Below are positions 7,451-15,353 of a stretch of 32,000 bases of DNA, piece by piece. This DNA comes from Escherichia coli. Its GTDB lineage: Bacteria > Pseudomonadota > Gammaproteobacteria > Enterobacterales > Enterobacteriaceae. Within the stretch, counting starts at the first letter, position 1, and the number at the start of each line of letters is the position of its first letter. The position numbers and the translations under genes were made by a program. Location: NCBI RefSeq assembly GCF_045344995.1, contig NZ_CP148331.1; one strand, given 5' to 3'. The notes under the pieces were generated by a model. The model had not been told where the DNA came from, did not search any database, and worked only from the letters and a program-made list of their open reading frames with translations.

Positions 7451-10183
7451 TTATCCGATCACTTCGCCGCTGAACACATACACTTTCTTTAAGCCAATTT
7501 CCGGTAGTCTTACTGTACGTTGTAGGCGCTGGCGATCTTCATCCTTTACAAGCCATCCAGCCTCGTCGCATAGCCGCGCCGTTTTAACGCTGTCCGACGT
7601 CCCGCAAATCTCCTTCCATCCGCTGGGCAGGATATAAAATGTGGTTTCCGGCTCTTTAGTGGCGTCCCCGTCTTTAACAGTATCGCCGCTGTTCTCCTTC
7701 TTGCTCATGCCAATACCGTTCCCGCCTTTCTCCACCCGGCGAAAGCCAACCATATTTGACGGGCGGTTTTTCTCGTCATACCAGTCAGCAAAGCGTGTGT
7801 ATTGATTGGCCGTAATAAAGCGCCGTACCTTCTCCAGCGCGTCGGCTTCTTCCTGGTTGGCCGCATGTCCGCGATCGTTAAGCCATGCAGCCAGACAGCT
7901 TCTTGCAGCGTTATACGCTTCACCGGGTAGCCAGCCGGTGATCCCCGCTTCGCTTGCCAGTTCCCCCGCAACGGCTAACAGCGCAAAGCGATCCACAATG
8001 CGCCCAACCTGCTTGCCGGAAGCTTCGGGTAATAATGTCCGTTCATACTCTTTTTTCATTGCCCGCGCCCGGTTCGCAGTTTCCGTCAGGTTTGCCGCCA
8101 GCCAGCGCAACCATTCGCGGAACGGCGCGCCGTGATACTGTTTACAGGACTGTTCAAGGTATTCCGCAAACGCTTTACCGCCTTCCATGCCGTGGAGATT
8201 TTCGAAAGCGCCATGTTTTCCGGTATCGCTGGGTATTTGCACCATACGCACACCGACACCCGCGCCGGTTCGCTTTTCTCCGGCTTCGGCGGCATGTTCC
8301 GCAATAGAGATTTCCCCGGTGGATAGGTAAAGCAATGTCCAGGTCACCGGATCGCGGACGCTGCCATCAACGCGCCCCCTTGCTTTGCCCTGCCCGTTCC
8401 CCAGCATATAGGCGATCCGGCTGGCCTCTCTGCCGTCAACTTCGCTGATTTCATCCAGCATCAGGGCGGCATCATTACGGCGTAGCGCAATACCTTCCAG
8501 CGCGTTTCCGGTTGCCCGCCACGTTTTCCAGAAATCAGGCCCGCCGCAGACTGACGCCGCCACCTTCATTGTGGTTGTCTTGCCGTCCGTGGATTCGCCC
8601 TTAAGGTGATAACCGCCGCCGCCCACGCCGATAAGATTCAGCAACGGCGCGGCCAGCGCCAGACTGACGCAGAACACCAGGCGGGAATTTCCGGCGCAAT
8701 AGCGCCCGACGTGTTGCGCCCATTCCGCCGCCGTTCCGCTCACCCGGAAGTCATTTTTAGACGACATAGCAGACTGAAGGATCACCGATCCGACATCGCT
8801 GCCGATCACCTCATCCTGGAGAACATACGCACCGCTAAACCAGCCTGTTTTTTCAACGCAGGTGACGCGGCGAACCGGGCGACAGTTAGAAATGTATTCC
8901 ATCAGATAGCTACGCGCCGCGCCGTTCACGCTGATAAAGTGCATTCCGTTATCAAGCAGAACCTCCCGCAGCTCCTGACCGCTTCCGGCCAGCACTGTCA
9001 TTGGCATCGCCCATTCATGTCGTAATCCGCTGGAGTCTTCCCACTCAAGCAGACGCCCGAATTTACCGCCTTCGCCGTCGCTGGTGATGGCCGTCACTTT
9101 GAGCGGGCTACATATCTTCACCTGGCGAGTCTGGCCGCTTTCGCTACCATCACTGAGCGGGCGATCAAACCAGAGATAATCCTTCGTCAGGCGGAAACCA
9201 TGCGGTAAACGCGTTTCGGTGTCTGCCGGGTTAAGCAGTTCTTCCGCGAATGCGTCACGGGCGCGCTGGAGGCCAAATTCACGGCGGTAATCATCCCAGT
9301 CAGCTTTGATCCGTCCGGGAGGAATGGTCATCCATCCCTTAACGACCAGTGCAGCTTTGATCGCAGACTCTTTCCCCTGATTGGGTTTACCGTCAGAAAA
9401 GTCATTATCACCGGCAATAACGATCTGCACGTCCGGCCATTTCTGGCGGATTTGCTCCGCAACGTCTTTCAGGTTGCCTTTATCCAGCGCCGCAATACTC
9501 CAGCCCTCTGAAAGCAGGGATGCGCTTAACGCAGTGGCAAAGCCTTCCGAGATAATGATCCGCGCGGGCGTTTTCTCCGGGAACGGCCCGACAGAGATAA
9601 AACGCCCTTTTTTCCTGGTGCCAACACATAAGCCTTTTACCTTGTCCGGGCCGATAAGCTGTGCACCGGTCATCCGTCCTTCGGTGTCCGTGATCGGTAA
9701 TAAAAGCGAACCAGCCGGAAAAACACCGCCAGCGGTTTTCATCTCCTGAACGGTCTGCGGCAGTTCAAAACCTGTCAGCCCCCGCGCCGTAAGGTAAGGG
9801 CTTTCCCCCGGCTGAGTACGGGCAAAGAGGCGTTGCCAGTAGTCATGTGGGCGACCTTCGTCACTGGCTTCTTTTCTGGCAGGCTGCATGACCGCATGCG
9901 GAGGAAGGGCCGGAAGTAATTCAGCAACTCGATCAGCGGCTGGCCCGGTGTCCAGCGAAAGCGCCAGTTTGACCAGATCCAGCCCGTCACCGTGGCCGCA
10001 CTGGTTGCAGAACCAGGTTCCACGCCCTTTTTTATTATCAAAGCGAAAACGATCTTTACCGCCGCAGATCGGGCAGGGGCCATGAAGACCCCCCGCAGGA
10101 ACAGTAATCCCCAGGTGTTCAAGAATATTTTCCCACTGGCCCGCCGCGCGTCCTGCTGTCTGTGAAACTTTTTTACCTTGCAT
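7451..10183 (-). CDS. P4 alpha-type primase/helicase (zinc-finger + Toprim + DUF927/helicase domain)
   Basis: PCPICGGKDRFRFDNKKGRGTWFCNQCGHGDGLDLV zinc finger; IIISEGFATALSA and DNDFSDGKPNQGK Toprim; LKGESTDGKTTTMKVAASVCG Walker A; LMLDEISE Walker B. Alternative start at 10213. Confidence 0.93.
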   Translation of the reverse strand: MQGKKVSQTAGRAAGQWENILEHLGITVPAGGLHGPCPICGGKDRFRFDNKKGRGTWFCNQCGHGDGLDLVKLALSLDTGPAADRVAELLPALPPHAVMQPARKEASDEGRPHDYWQRLFARTQPGESPYLTARGLTGFELPQTVQEMKTAGGVFPAGSLLLPITDTEGRMTGAQLIGPDKVKGLCVGTRKKGRFISVGPFPEKTPARIIISEGFATALSASLLSEGWSIAALDKGNLKDVAEQIRQKWPDVQIVIAGDNDFSDGKPNQGKESAIKAALVVKGWMTIPPGRIKADWDDYRREFGLQRARDAFAEELLNPADTETRLPHGFRLTKDYLWFDRPLSDGSESGQTRQVKICSPLKVTAITSDGEGGKFGRLLEWEDSSGLRHEWAMPMTVLAGSGQELREVLLDNGMHFISVNGAARSYLMEYISNCRPVRRVTCVEKTGWFSGAYVLQDEVIGSDVGSVILQSAMSSKNDFRVSGTAAEWAQHVGRYCAGNSRLVFCVSLALAAPLLNLIGVGGGGYHLKGESTDGKTTTMKVAASVCGGPDFWKTWRATGNALEGIALRRNDAALMLDEISEVDGREASRIAYMLGNGQGKARGRVDGSVRDPVTWTLLYLSTGEISIAEHAAEAGEKRTGAGVGVRMVQIPSDTGKHGAFENLHGMEGGKAFAEYLEQSCKQYHGAPFREWLRWLAANLTETANRARAMKKEYERTLLPEASGKQVGRIVDRFALLAVAGELASEAGITGWLPGEAYNAARSCLAAWLNDRGHAANQEEADALEKVRRFITANQYTRFADWYDEKNRPSNMVGFRRVEKGGNGIGMSKKENSGDTVKDGDATKEPETTFYILPSGWKEICGTSDSVKTARLCDEAGWLVKDEDRQRLQRTVRLPEIGLKKVYVFSGEVIG

Positions 10184-10246
10184 CGGTATGACCTTTATTA
10201 ATGGGTAAGACAATGCGCCGCAGCGGGCGGCGCGGAATACAAAAAA

Positions 10247-10516
10247 TTAAAGACTGACCTGACCGATCCGGGCTTCGCCTGTGAACTTATCGCAAAGGCC
10301 AAGTACTTTGGCTTCTTCCAGAACGGCGGATATGTCTTCGCTGATATAGCTGAAAATATCTGGAATCCATAAAAGTGGCAGGCCGTTTATCTCACACTGA
10401 CGGATCTGTAAATGCATCTGGAATGAAACATTCCTTGCGCGGTTGAGTTTATGGAAGCACTCAAGGCTAAGATATTTTTCAGCACTATTAACAGCAATGG
10501 TATTCAAATCAGACAT
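10247..10516 (-). CDS. Hypothetical protein (89 aa) of the satellite element
   Basis: ORF MSDLNTIAVNSAEKYLSLECFHKLNR...; same strand and close spacing with the primase gene. Confidence 0.6.
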   Translation of the reverse strand: MSDLNTIAVNSAEKYLSLECFHKLNRARNVSFQMHLQIRQCEINGLPLLWIPDIFSYISEDISAVLEEAKVLGLCDKFTGEARIGQVSL

Positions 10517-10603
10517 ATATTTTCCTTACAGGGGCGTAATTACCCCCCGTTAAAATACGGTTATAATTAAATATTTTTCAGTTCTTATAAATCGATTATT
10601 GTT

Positions 10604-11017
10604 TTATTCGTCCCACATTTCATAGGGATCATAATCAACCATCTGCATTCGCATTTCATTAAAAATAATACTAATAATATCCCTGATATATTCAGCCAGT
10701 TCTTTTTCAATCCCCTTACTGATATCCTGACTTATCAGCCCGGCAGTCAGGGAAAGCGCATGATAAATATTATCGGCATTAAGAAATATAACCTCATCAG
10801 CGATTTTGATTTTACACGACTGAATTGGGGGAATATCTCGCGAGCGTTTTTCAAATAAAGCAACCAGATTTAATTGCAATAATCGACAATAAAGCCGCTG
10901 CTGCTTGATATCATTCATTGCAGGTAATGCATCCGCAAAAAATGAAGCACCGTAAACCAGATCGTAAAAATGGCGGTCAACGTGAAACGGTGTGAGCATA
11001 ATTTCAGACATGATCAA
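10604..11017 (-). CDS. Hypothetical protein (~137 aa)
   Basis: ORF MIMSEIMLTPFHVDRHFYDLVYGASFFADAL...; overlaps the upstream gene by 14 bp, consistent with translational coupling. Confidence 0.65.
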   Translation of the reverse strand: MIMSEIMLTPFHVDRHFYDLVYGASFFADALPAMNDIKQQRLYCRLLQLNLVALFEKRSRDIPPIQSCKIKIADEVIFLNADNIYHALSLTAGLISQDISKGIEKELAEYIRDIISIIFNEMRMQMVDYDPYEMWDE

Positions 11018-11429
11018 CTCCTGCCTTAATACAAGGCTGTTTCAGATATCTGACAAGTAAATTAATCATGTCATGCAAAAGCCAGCGTAATTGTGCTTCA
11101 ACGTCCATACGAAGGGAGCGACTAAGCAGCGCATCATTTAAGGCGGTGCAATAGCCCGTCAAGATCGTCGCGTCGATCCACTCATCAGGTACGCAGGGAG
11201 CAGGAATAGCAGTCGCGGTTAATTGCTCCTGGATATGCGATGGATAGTCTGTATCACAAAGAGATGAAAGAGAACGCAGGGCAAAAGCCAGACGTCCGCA
11301 AAGTGCGACGCGTTCAGTCTCGTCAACACAACTTTCATCCGTTAACCGCGCGACAAAATGCCCGCACATCTCGCCAGCCTGAAAGAGATCCATAGACACT
11401 GGCAACGGTGAATTAAGCAGATTATGCAT
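11004..11429 (-). CDS. Hypothetical protein (141 aa)
   Basis: ORF MHNLLNSPLPVSMDLFQAGEMCGHFVARLTDES...; overlaps neighbours at both ends. Confidence 0.65.
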   Translation of the reverse strand: MHNLLNSPLPVSMDLFQAGEMCGHFVARLTDESCVDETERVALCGRLAFALRSLSSLCDTDYPSHIQEQLTATAIPAPCVPDEWIDATILTGYCTALNDALLSRSLRMDVEAQLRWLLHDMINLLVRYLKQPCIKAGVDHV

Positions 11430-11670
11430 ACCGCGCCTCCGTTATCTGGTCTTTCAGGTCAGCAATTAAGCGGTTAAGCTCTTCCCGGCCATCGTCGTTC
11501 AGCGCGTCCAGTCCGTAGTCATAAGCGGCTAGAATGGCGACTTCCATTTCACGGGAATCAATTTCAACCACTACTTTTGAACCCGGTTTAATAAAGGCTG
11601 GCGGATCGTAACAGTCATCGTGGAACGGGTTAAGCGCCGCCGCTTTGTGGTTGTCCAGTGGGTTAAACAT
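11422..11670 (-). CDS. Hypothetical protein (82 aa)
   Basis: MFNPLDNHKAAALNPFHDDCYDPPAFIKPGSKVVVEIDSREMEVAILAAYDYGLDALNDDGREELNRLIADLKDQITEARYA; start placed at ATG 11670, not the ORF-track start at 12372. Confidence 0.65.
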   Translation of the reverse strand: MFNPLDNHKAAALNPFHDDCYDPPAFIKPGSKVVVEIDSREMEVAILAAYDYGLDALNDDGREELNRLIADLKDQITEARYA

Positions 11671-11866
11671 GGTGCGCCTCCTGCACCGGCAGACGGCCAG
11701 CAAAGCAGAGGATAAAGCGACCGGCCAACATGGCACGGGCTTCCCGTTCACTGTGCGCGGTGATTTGTTCGCGGTGTGGTTTGTCCTGCATGTCGGCCCT
11801 TGATACCGCGAGAAAGAGAAATACGCGATTTTTAGGGCGAGTTTGGTTACACTGATGGCTAGCCAT
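11663..11866 (-). CDS. Icd-like / Ash-family satellite protein (host cell division inhibitor-like)
   Basis: 67 aa, ...ITAHSEREARAMLAGRFILCFAGRLPVQEAHHV, the typical (S/T)EREAR...CFAGRLP signature of P4-like prophages; overlaps the next gene by 8 bp. Confidence 0.7.
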   Translation of the reverse strand: MASHQCNQTRPKNRVFLFLAVSRADMQDKPHREQITAHSEREARAMLAGRFILCFAGRLPVQEAHHV

Positions 11867-11956
11867 AGCGTTACTCCTAATAACGTGTTGGTCAGAAGCC
11901 CGGTTAGTGCGTCAACACTGCCGGGCTTCGTTTTTTCAGTTTGCAACGTAGCAAAC

Positions 11957-12057
11957 TGTTTAAACACATTATGCTGAGTGTTTAAACAAGTCAACATATT
12001 TTGTTTAAACAGTTTTGTTATATCCGGCTTTACTGTATCTTTACTGATGTTTAAACA
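11957..12057. repeat. Array of four perfect TGTTTAAACA palindromes (candidate operator)
   Basis: TGTTTAAACA at 11957-11966, 11979-11988, 12002-12011 and 12048-12057; start-to-start spacing 22, 23 and 46 bp, in the divergent intergenic region. Confidence 0.8.
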
Positions 12058-12073
12058 CTTAAGAGTTTCCAGC

Positions 12074-12265
12074 ATGACTAAAAACCACATAAACAGCAAA
12101 ACAACATACAAGGGAATACGCTTCCCGCATGAAATGATCGCAGAAATTGATGCCTGCGTAGAACGCGAAAAAGTCGATAATCCGGGTTCAAGTTTTTCCG
12201 CTTGGGTGCTGGATGCCTGCGGGCGCAAGCTGAAAGCAGAACAGCGCAAAAAGGCAAAGGAATAG
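12074..12265 (+). CDS. Small YlcI/YnfO-like protein, probable DNA-binding regulator
   Basis: MTKNHINSKTTYKGIRFPHEMIAEIDACVEREKVDNPGSSFSAWVLDACGRKLKAEQRKKAKE: RHH-like IRFPHEMIAEIDA... pattern; ATG at 12074 directly after the palindrome array. Confidence 0.65.
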   Translation: MTKNHINSKTTYKGIRFPHEMIAEIDACVEREKVDNPGSSFSAWVLDACGRKLKAEQRKKAKE

Positions 12266-12391
12266 CCCCTTACCATTCTGGAAAACTCCGTCAGATCGGA
12301 CGGTGCCGGATGCACAAGCAGCGGCGCGCTTTCGCTGGTAAGCATCGGTTGTTTATCGGTATAATTCATCACGTAGAATCATCTTCCTGAC

Positions 12392-12431
12392 AAACCCCTT
12401 CACCGTCCTGTTCATTCCGGCGAAGGGGTTT
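12392..12431. terminator. Probable bidirectional terminator
   Basis: AAACCCCTTC (12392-12401) / GAAGGGGTTT (12422-12431), between convergent genes ending at 12265 (+) and 12476 (-). Confidence 0.6.
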
Positions 12432-12475
12432 TCTTTTATCTGGCCATCACTGTCAAAGCTGGCTGTACTCGATAC

Positions 12476-13483
12476 TCAAACCAGCGTTACGGCGTTCTCA
12501 TCGCTGGCCGCGTAAAGATAGCCATCCCCCAGCGCGTAACCTTCTTCACGTAAATAGCCATGCTCATAAACACCTCGTTGCGGGATATCCTCCGCGCGGT
12601 AGCGTTGGCTGTGTTTCAGCGTCAGGATCTGCAAATTTTTCAGCGTCGTAACAGCCAGGCGCTTACCCGGCATAAACGGCGGGATAAAAGCAAAGCGACC
12701 GGCGACACTGCTTGTCAGCATATCCCCCGCCGTCAGCGTCAGTGGTTGATCGGCCATGTTGAACAGTTTCAGGCGTTCGCGGGCGGCAAGCTGCGCGCCA
12801 ACCATCACCACAAGGCCCGGATCTTCGCGCTGACCTTCGGGGATTTTTGACGTGATGAGGCAATCAGCCAGATCGTGAACATCGGCAAAATCCCCGCCTT
12901 TCCCCAGTGCGAAAGCATCAGAAATAATTTGTGAACCGTTATTGAATGTTTTTGCCAGCGAGTGCCAACCAATATTGATATCTTCGCCGTTTTTATATTG
13001 TTCCGGGTTGGTATTTTCGGCAATCATCTTGCCGTTAAATCCAATACGGAGCATATCCCGCACCACGGACTTCTTGAAAAAAGCGATCATATCATTATTG
13101 AAATTTTTCACGTTTGCCATTACCGCCATTTCTTCATAAGTCAATGAGGCGCAGGAATCCGTTTCTGATAATAAAAAAGGCGTTCCGTTGGTTTTCAGTT
13201 TCTTATGGAAACGACCTTCCTTTGCGCGGCCTGTATAAAGAGAACCATCGCCAATGGTGATCGTCGTTCCCTCCGCGCCGGTAATGTCCAGTAATGAAAT
13301 ATTATCAATCAGCCAGGACGAGCCTTTAACATCAAGCATGGAACATCCCCATGCATCCGGAGATGCTTTTTCCGGCTGTGATATGGTGAAATACCCCGTA
13401 TCTTCGTTTTTATATTTAATATTAAAAGACTTAATCAGGTTTTCGTGATACTGCGTTAAATAATCTGGTGTTACATAAGACAT
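12476..13483 (-). CDS. Diverged P2 gpN-like major capsid protein homologue
   Basis: 335 aa; VVRDMLRIGFNGKMIAENTNPEQYKNGEDINIGWHSLAKTF, LGKGGDFADVHDLADCLI...QREDPGLVVMVGAQLAARERL and LAVTTLKNLQILTLKHSQRYRAEDIPQRGVYEHGYLREEGYALGD follow the P2 gpN pattern as recalled (IIKRQSLDFIMAGFNGVKRAETSD...VGKGGDYASLDALVMDA...EDPDLVVIVGRQLLAD). Confidence 0.82.
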   Translation of the reverse strand: MSYVTPDYLTQYHENLIKSFNIKYKNEDTGYFTISQPEKASPDAWGCSMLDVKGSSWLIDNISLLDITGAEGTTITIGDGSLYTGRAKEGRFHKKLKTNGTPFLLSETDSCASLTYEEMAVMANVKNFNNDMIAFFKKSVVRDMLRIGFNGKMIAENTNPEQYKNGEDINIGWHSLAKTFNNGSQIISDAFALGKGGDFADVHDLADCLITSKIPEGQREDPGLVVMVGAQLAARERLKLFNMADQPLTLTAGDMLTSSVAGRFAFIPPFMPGKRLAVTTLKNLQILTLKHSQRYRAEDIPQRGVYEHGYLREEGYALGDGYLYAASDENAVTLV

Positions 13484-13492
13484 AATTTTTCC

Positions 13493-14365
13493 TTAGTCGA
13501 TATTTCTTTCTAATGTGAGTCGTTGCGCGCGCTGCTGATGACGGATCGGCAACATATAATTTAAATATTCATCTGCACTCATCACCGGATGAATAAAGGC
13601 CATTTCAGATCTGTAATAATCGCGTGATATTTCGGCGCGTTCCCGCTTATCTTCATTAAGAGGGTTAACAAAACGGGGATTAATGCTTCCTTCCGGACGA
13701 TATGTGCAGTTGTTCACCACCTTGTTAAGGGCAAGCTCCAGTTTATCCATTTTCTGCCAGGCAAGGTCGGCGCACTCAATTTCAGAGATCGCCTTTTTGA
13801 ATGCCTTAGCATCAAGGGATGACTTCGGCAGGGAACGGCGCAGATTGAGCAGTTCCACATCTTCCACAGCCAACAACACATCAATAACCGGCGCGAGCAA
13901 TGCCAGAATATTTTTTCTGATTGATAACTCTTCCTGCTGTGCCTTGAGTTGATTTTTAATTGTTGCGTAATGCAGTCTGTATCTTTCATCTTCTGGTGAT
14001 TTGCGGGCCTGTTGTGCTTCTTTAATCGTCTGCGGCGCAGGAATTACAGCCGGGCTTGGCAGACGCTGCAATTCTGCTTCAAGTGCCGCCAGCTTTTCCC
14101 GTTCAGACTGGCAAAGTTCATGCCCTTTATTAACCAGTGTAAACAGTTCCTCTTTAGTCGCCGGAATGCCTACGCTTTCCCCGGAAATAGATTTATATTC
14201 GTGGGTAAGGTGCATCATTTTATTCAGGCGATAAAGTTCAATAATGCGCATTTCATACAACCCACGGTGACAACCTTCATAAGGCTGAATAAATGCCGTG
14301 TTATTAATAACAGAAAGATCTGCATCACGATATACGCGATGGCTGATAATGTCAGTAATGTTCAT
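13493..14365 (-). CDS. Unknown 290-aa helical/coiled-coil-like protein, coupled upstream of the capsid homologue
   Basis: ORF MNITDIISHRVYRDADLSVINNTAFIQPYEGCHRGLYEMRIIELYRLNK...; TAAGGA stop/RBS leads into the capsid-homologue ATG 9 nt later. Confidence 0.75.
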   Translation of the reverse strand: MNITDIISHRVYRDADLSVINNTAFIQPYEGCHRGLYEMRIIELYRLNKMMHLTHEYKSISGESVGIPATKEELFTLVNKGHELCQSEREKLAALEAELQRLPSPAVIPAPQTIKEAQQARKSPEDERYRLHYATIKNQLKAQQEELSIRKNILALLAPVIDVLLAVEDVELLNLRRSLPKSSLDAKAFKKAISEIECADLAWQKMDKLELALNKVVNNCTYRPEGSINPRFVNPLNEDKRERAEISRDYYRSEMAFIHPVMSADEYLNYMLPIRHQQRAQRLTLERNID

Positions 14366-14564
14366 TTAATTCCCCGTGAAATTTCGCCAGCAACAAATAG
14401 ATTAAATACTGCATAAACTGGCATTGACTGGTATTTTGTTACTACTTAACCTAATACTGAATAAATCCAGCTAACTCCCCATGCTGCGAGTATTTACGAC
14501 AAAAAGAATACACAAAATCCTTAGCATTCAAATAAATCATATTCATCTCTGAATAAAATCATAT

Positions 14565-14783
14565 TTACACTTTGCGCTCTTTGATTTTGTTGTCGATCCA
14601 GTCGCTGATCTCACCCTCAACCCATGCGACAGAACGCGGGCCGGTTTTAATCGGCTTTGGAAAGACATTTGCATTGATATCTTTATAAATACTGGCGCGA
14701 CACCGCCCCGTAAGCATCATAACTTCAGGCAGGCGGATCAATCTTTTTCCCTGGTTCAAAAGCTGCATTGCATCATTTCTCAT
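14565..14783 (-). CDS. AlpA-family transcriptional regulator
   Basis: MRNDAMQLLNQGKRLIRLPEVMMLTGRCRASIYKDINANVFPKPIKTGPRSVAWVEGEISDWIDNKI: canonical AlpA/Vis pattern. Confidence 0.9.
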   Translation of the reverse strand: MRNDAMQLLNQGKRLIRLPEVMMLTGRCRASIYKDINANVFPKPIKTGPRSVAWVEGEISDWIDNKIKERKV

Positions 14784-15353
14784 ATTCACACCCGCTATTA
14801 ACATTCAAACGTTATGTAATATCTTTCTATATACAGACATTGACTTTATAGGATGCCTGTAGATTGGATGACGTCATTGTTATTCACGCCATAAGTGCAT
14901 GTCAAAAAGATGTATGTGGGATGTGGGGCTTGACTTTTAGTTAAGTCAATTTAAGCCTCAGGAAGACTCTAGAAGCCTCTGAAAGGATTTATGGTTTGAG
15001 TGAAATCAATTAGCCAGATATAAAAACACTAAAAATCAAACAAACAACAACAAAAATGAAATAAAAACAAAATATAATAAAAACAGATTTTAGCAAAAAG
15101 TGCCAACTATATAATGTTAATTCCTATAAATAAAATTTTTATAAATTAACACCATAAAAACAACAATCAAGAGCACAATTAATAACCAAAAAAAGAAATA
15201 TTTCATATTAATCAAAAGATTAGTCATCTTGGTGTTTTTTATAAAATTTCCAAAATCATAATTCATTGAAAATGATAATAAAAAATTTAAGCGTGGATGC
15301 TGAGTGTCCACGCCTAACATCTAATTTAGCGGTATTCCCGCCTTAGACCTTCT

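Noticed and set aside
8018-10122. Multiple antisense/alternate-frame ORFs inside the primase gene
   Set aside because: Artifacts of GC-rich coding sequence; no RBS or family signature.
11671-12372. Upstream extension of the 316-aa minus-strand ORF (MMNYTDKQPMLTS...)
   Set aside because: It crosses the divergent regulatory region, the palindrome array and the antisense of the 12074-12265 gene; the likely real CDS begins at ATG 11670.
13683-13989. Overlapping ORFs 13683-13952 (+) and 13714-13989 (-) inside the 290-aa gene
   Set aside because: Alternative-frame shadow ORFs within a longer supported frame; no independent signal seen.
12476-14365. Capsid homologue considered as evidence of a complete P2-like prophage
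   Set aside because: No portal, terminase, protease, head-completion, tail or lysis genes are present; all other genes are of satellite (P4) type.
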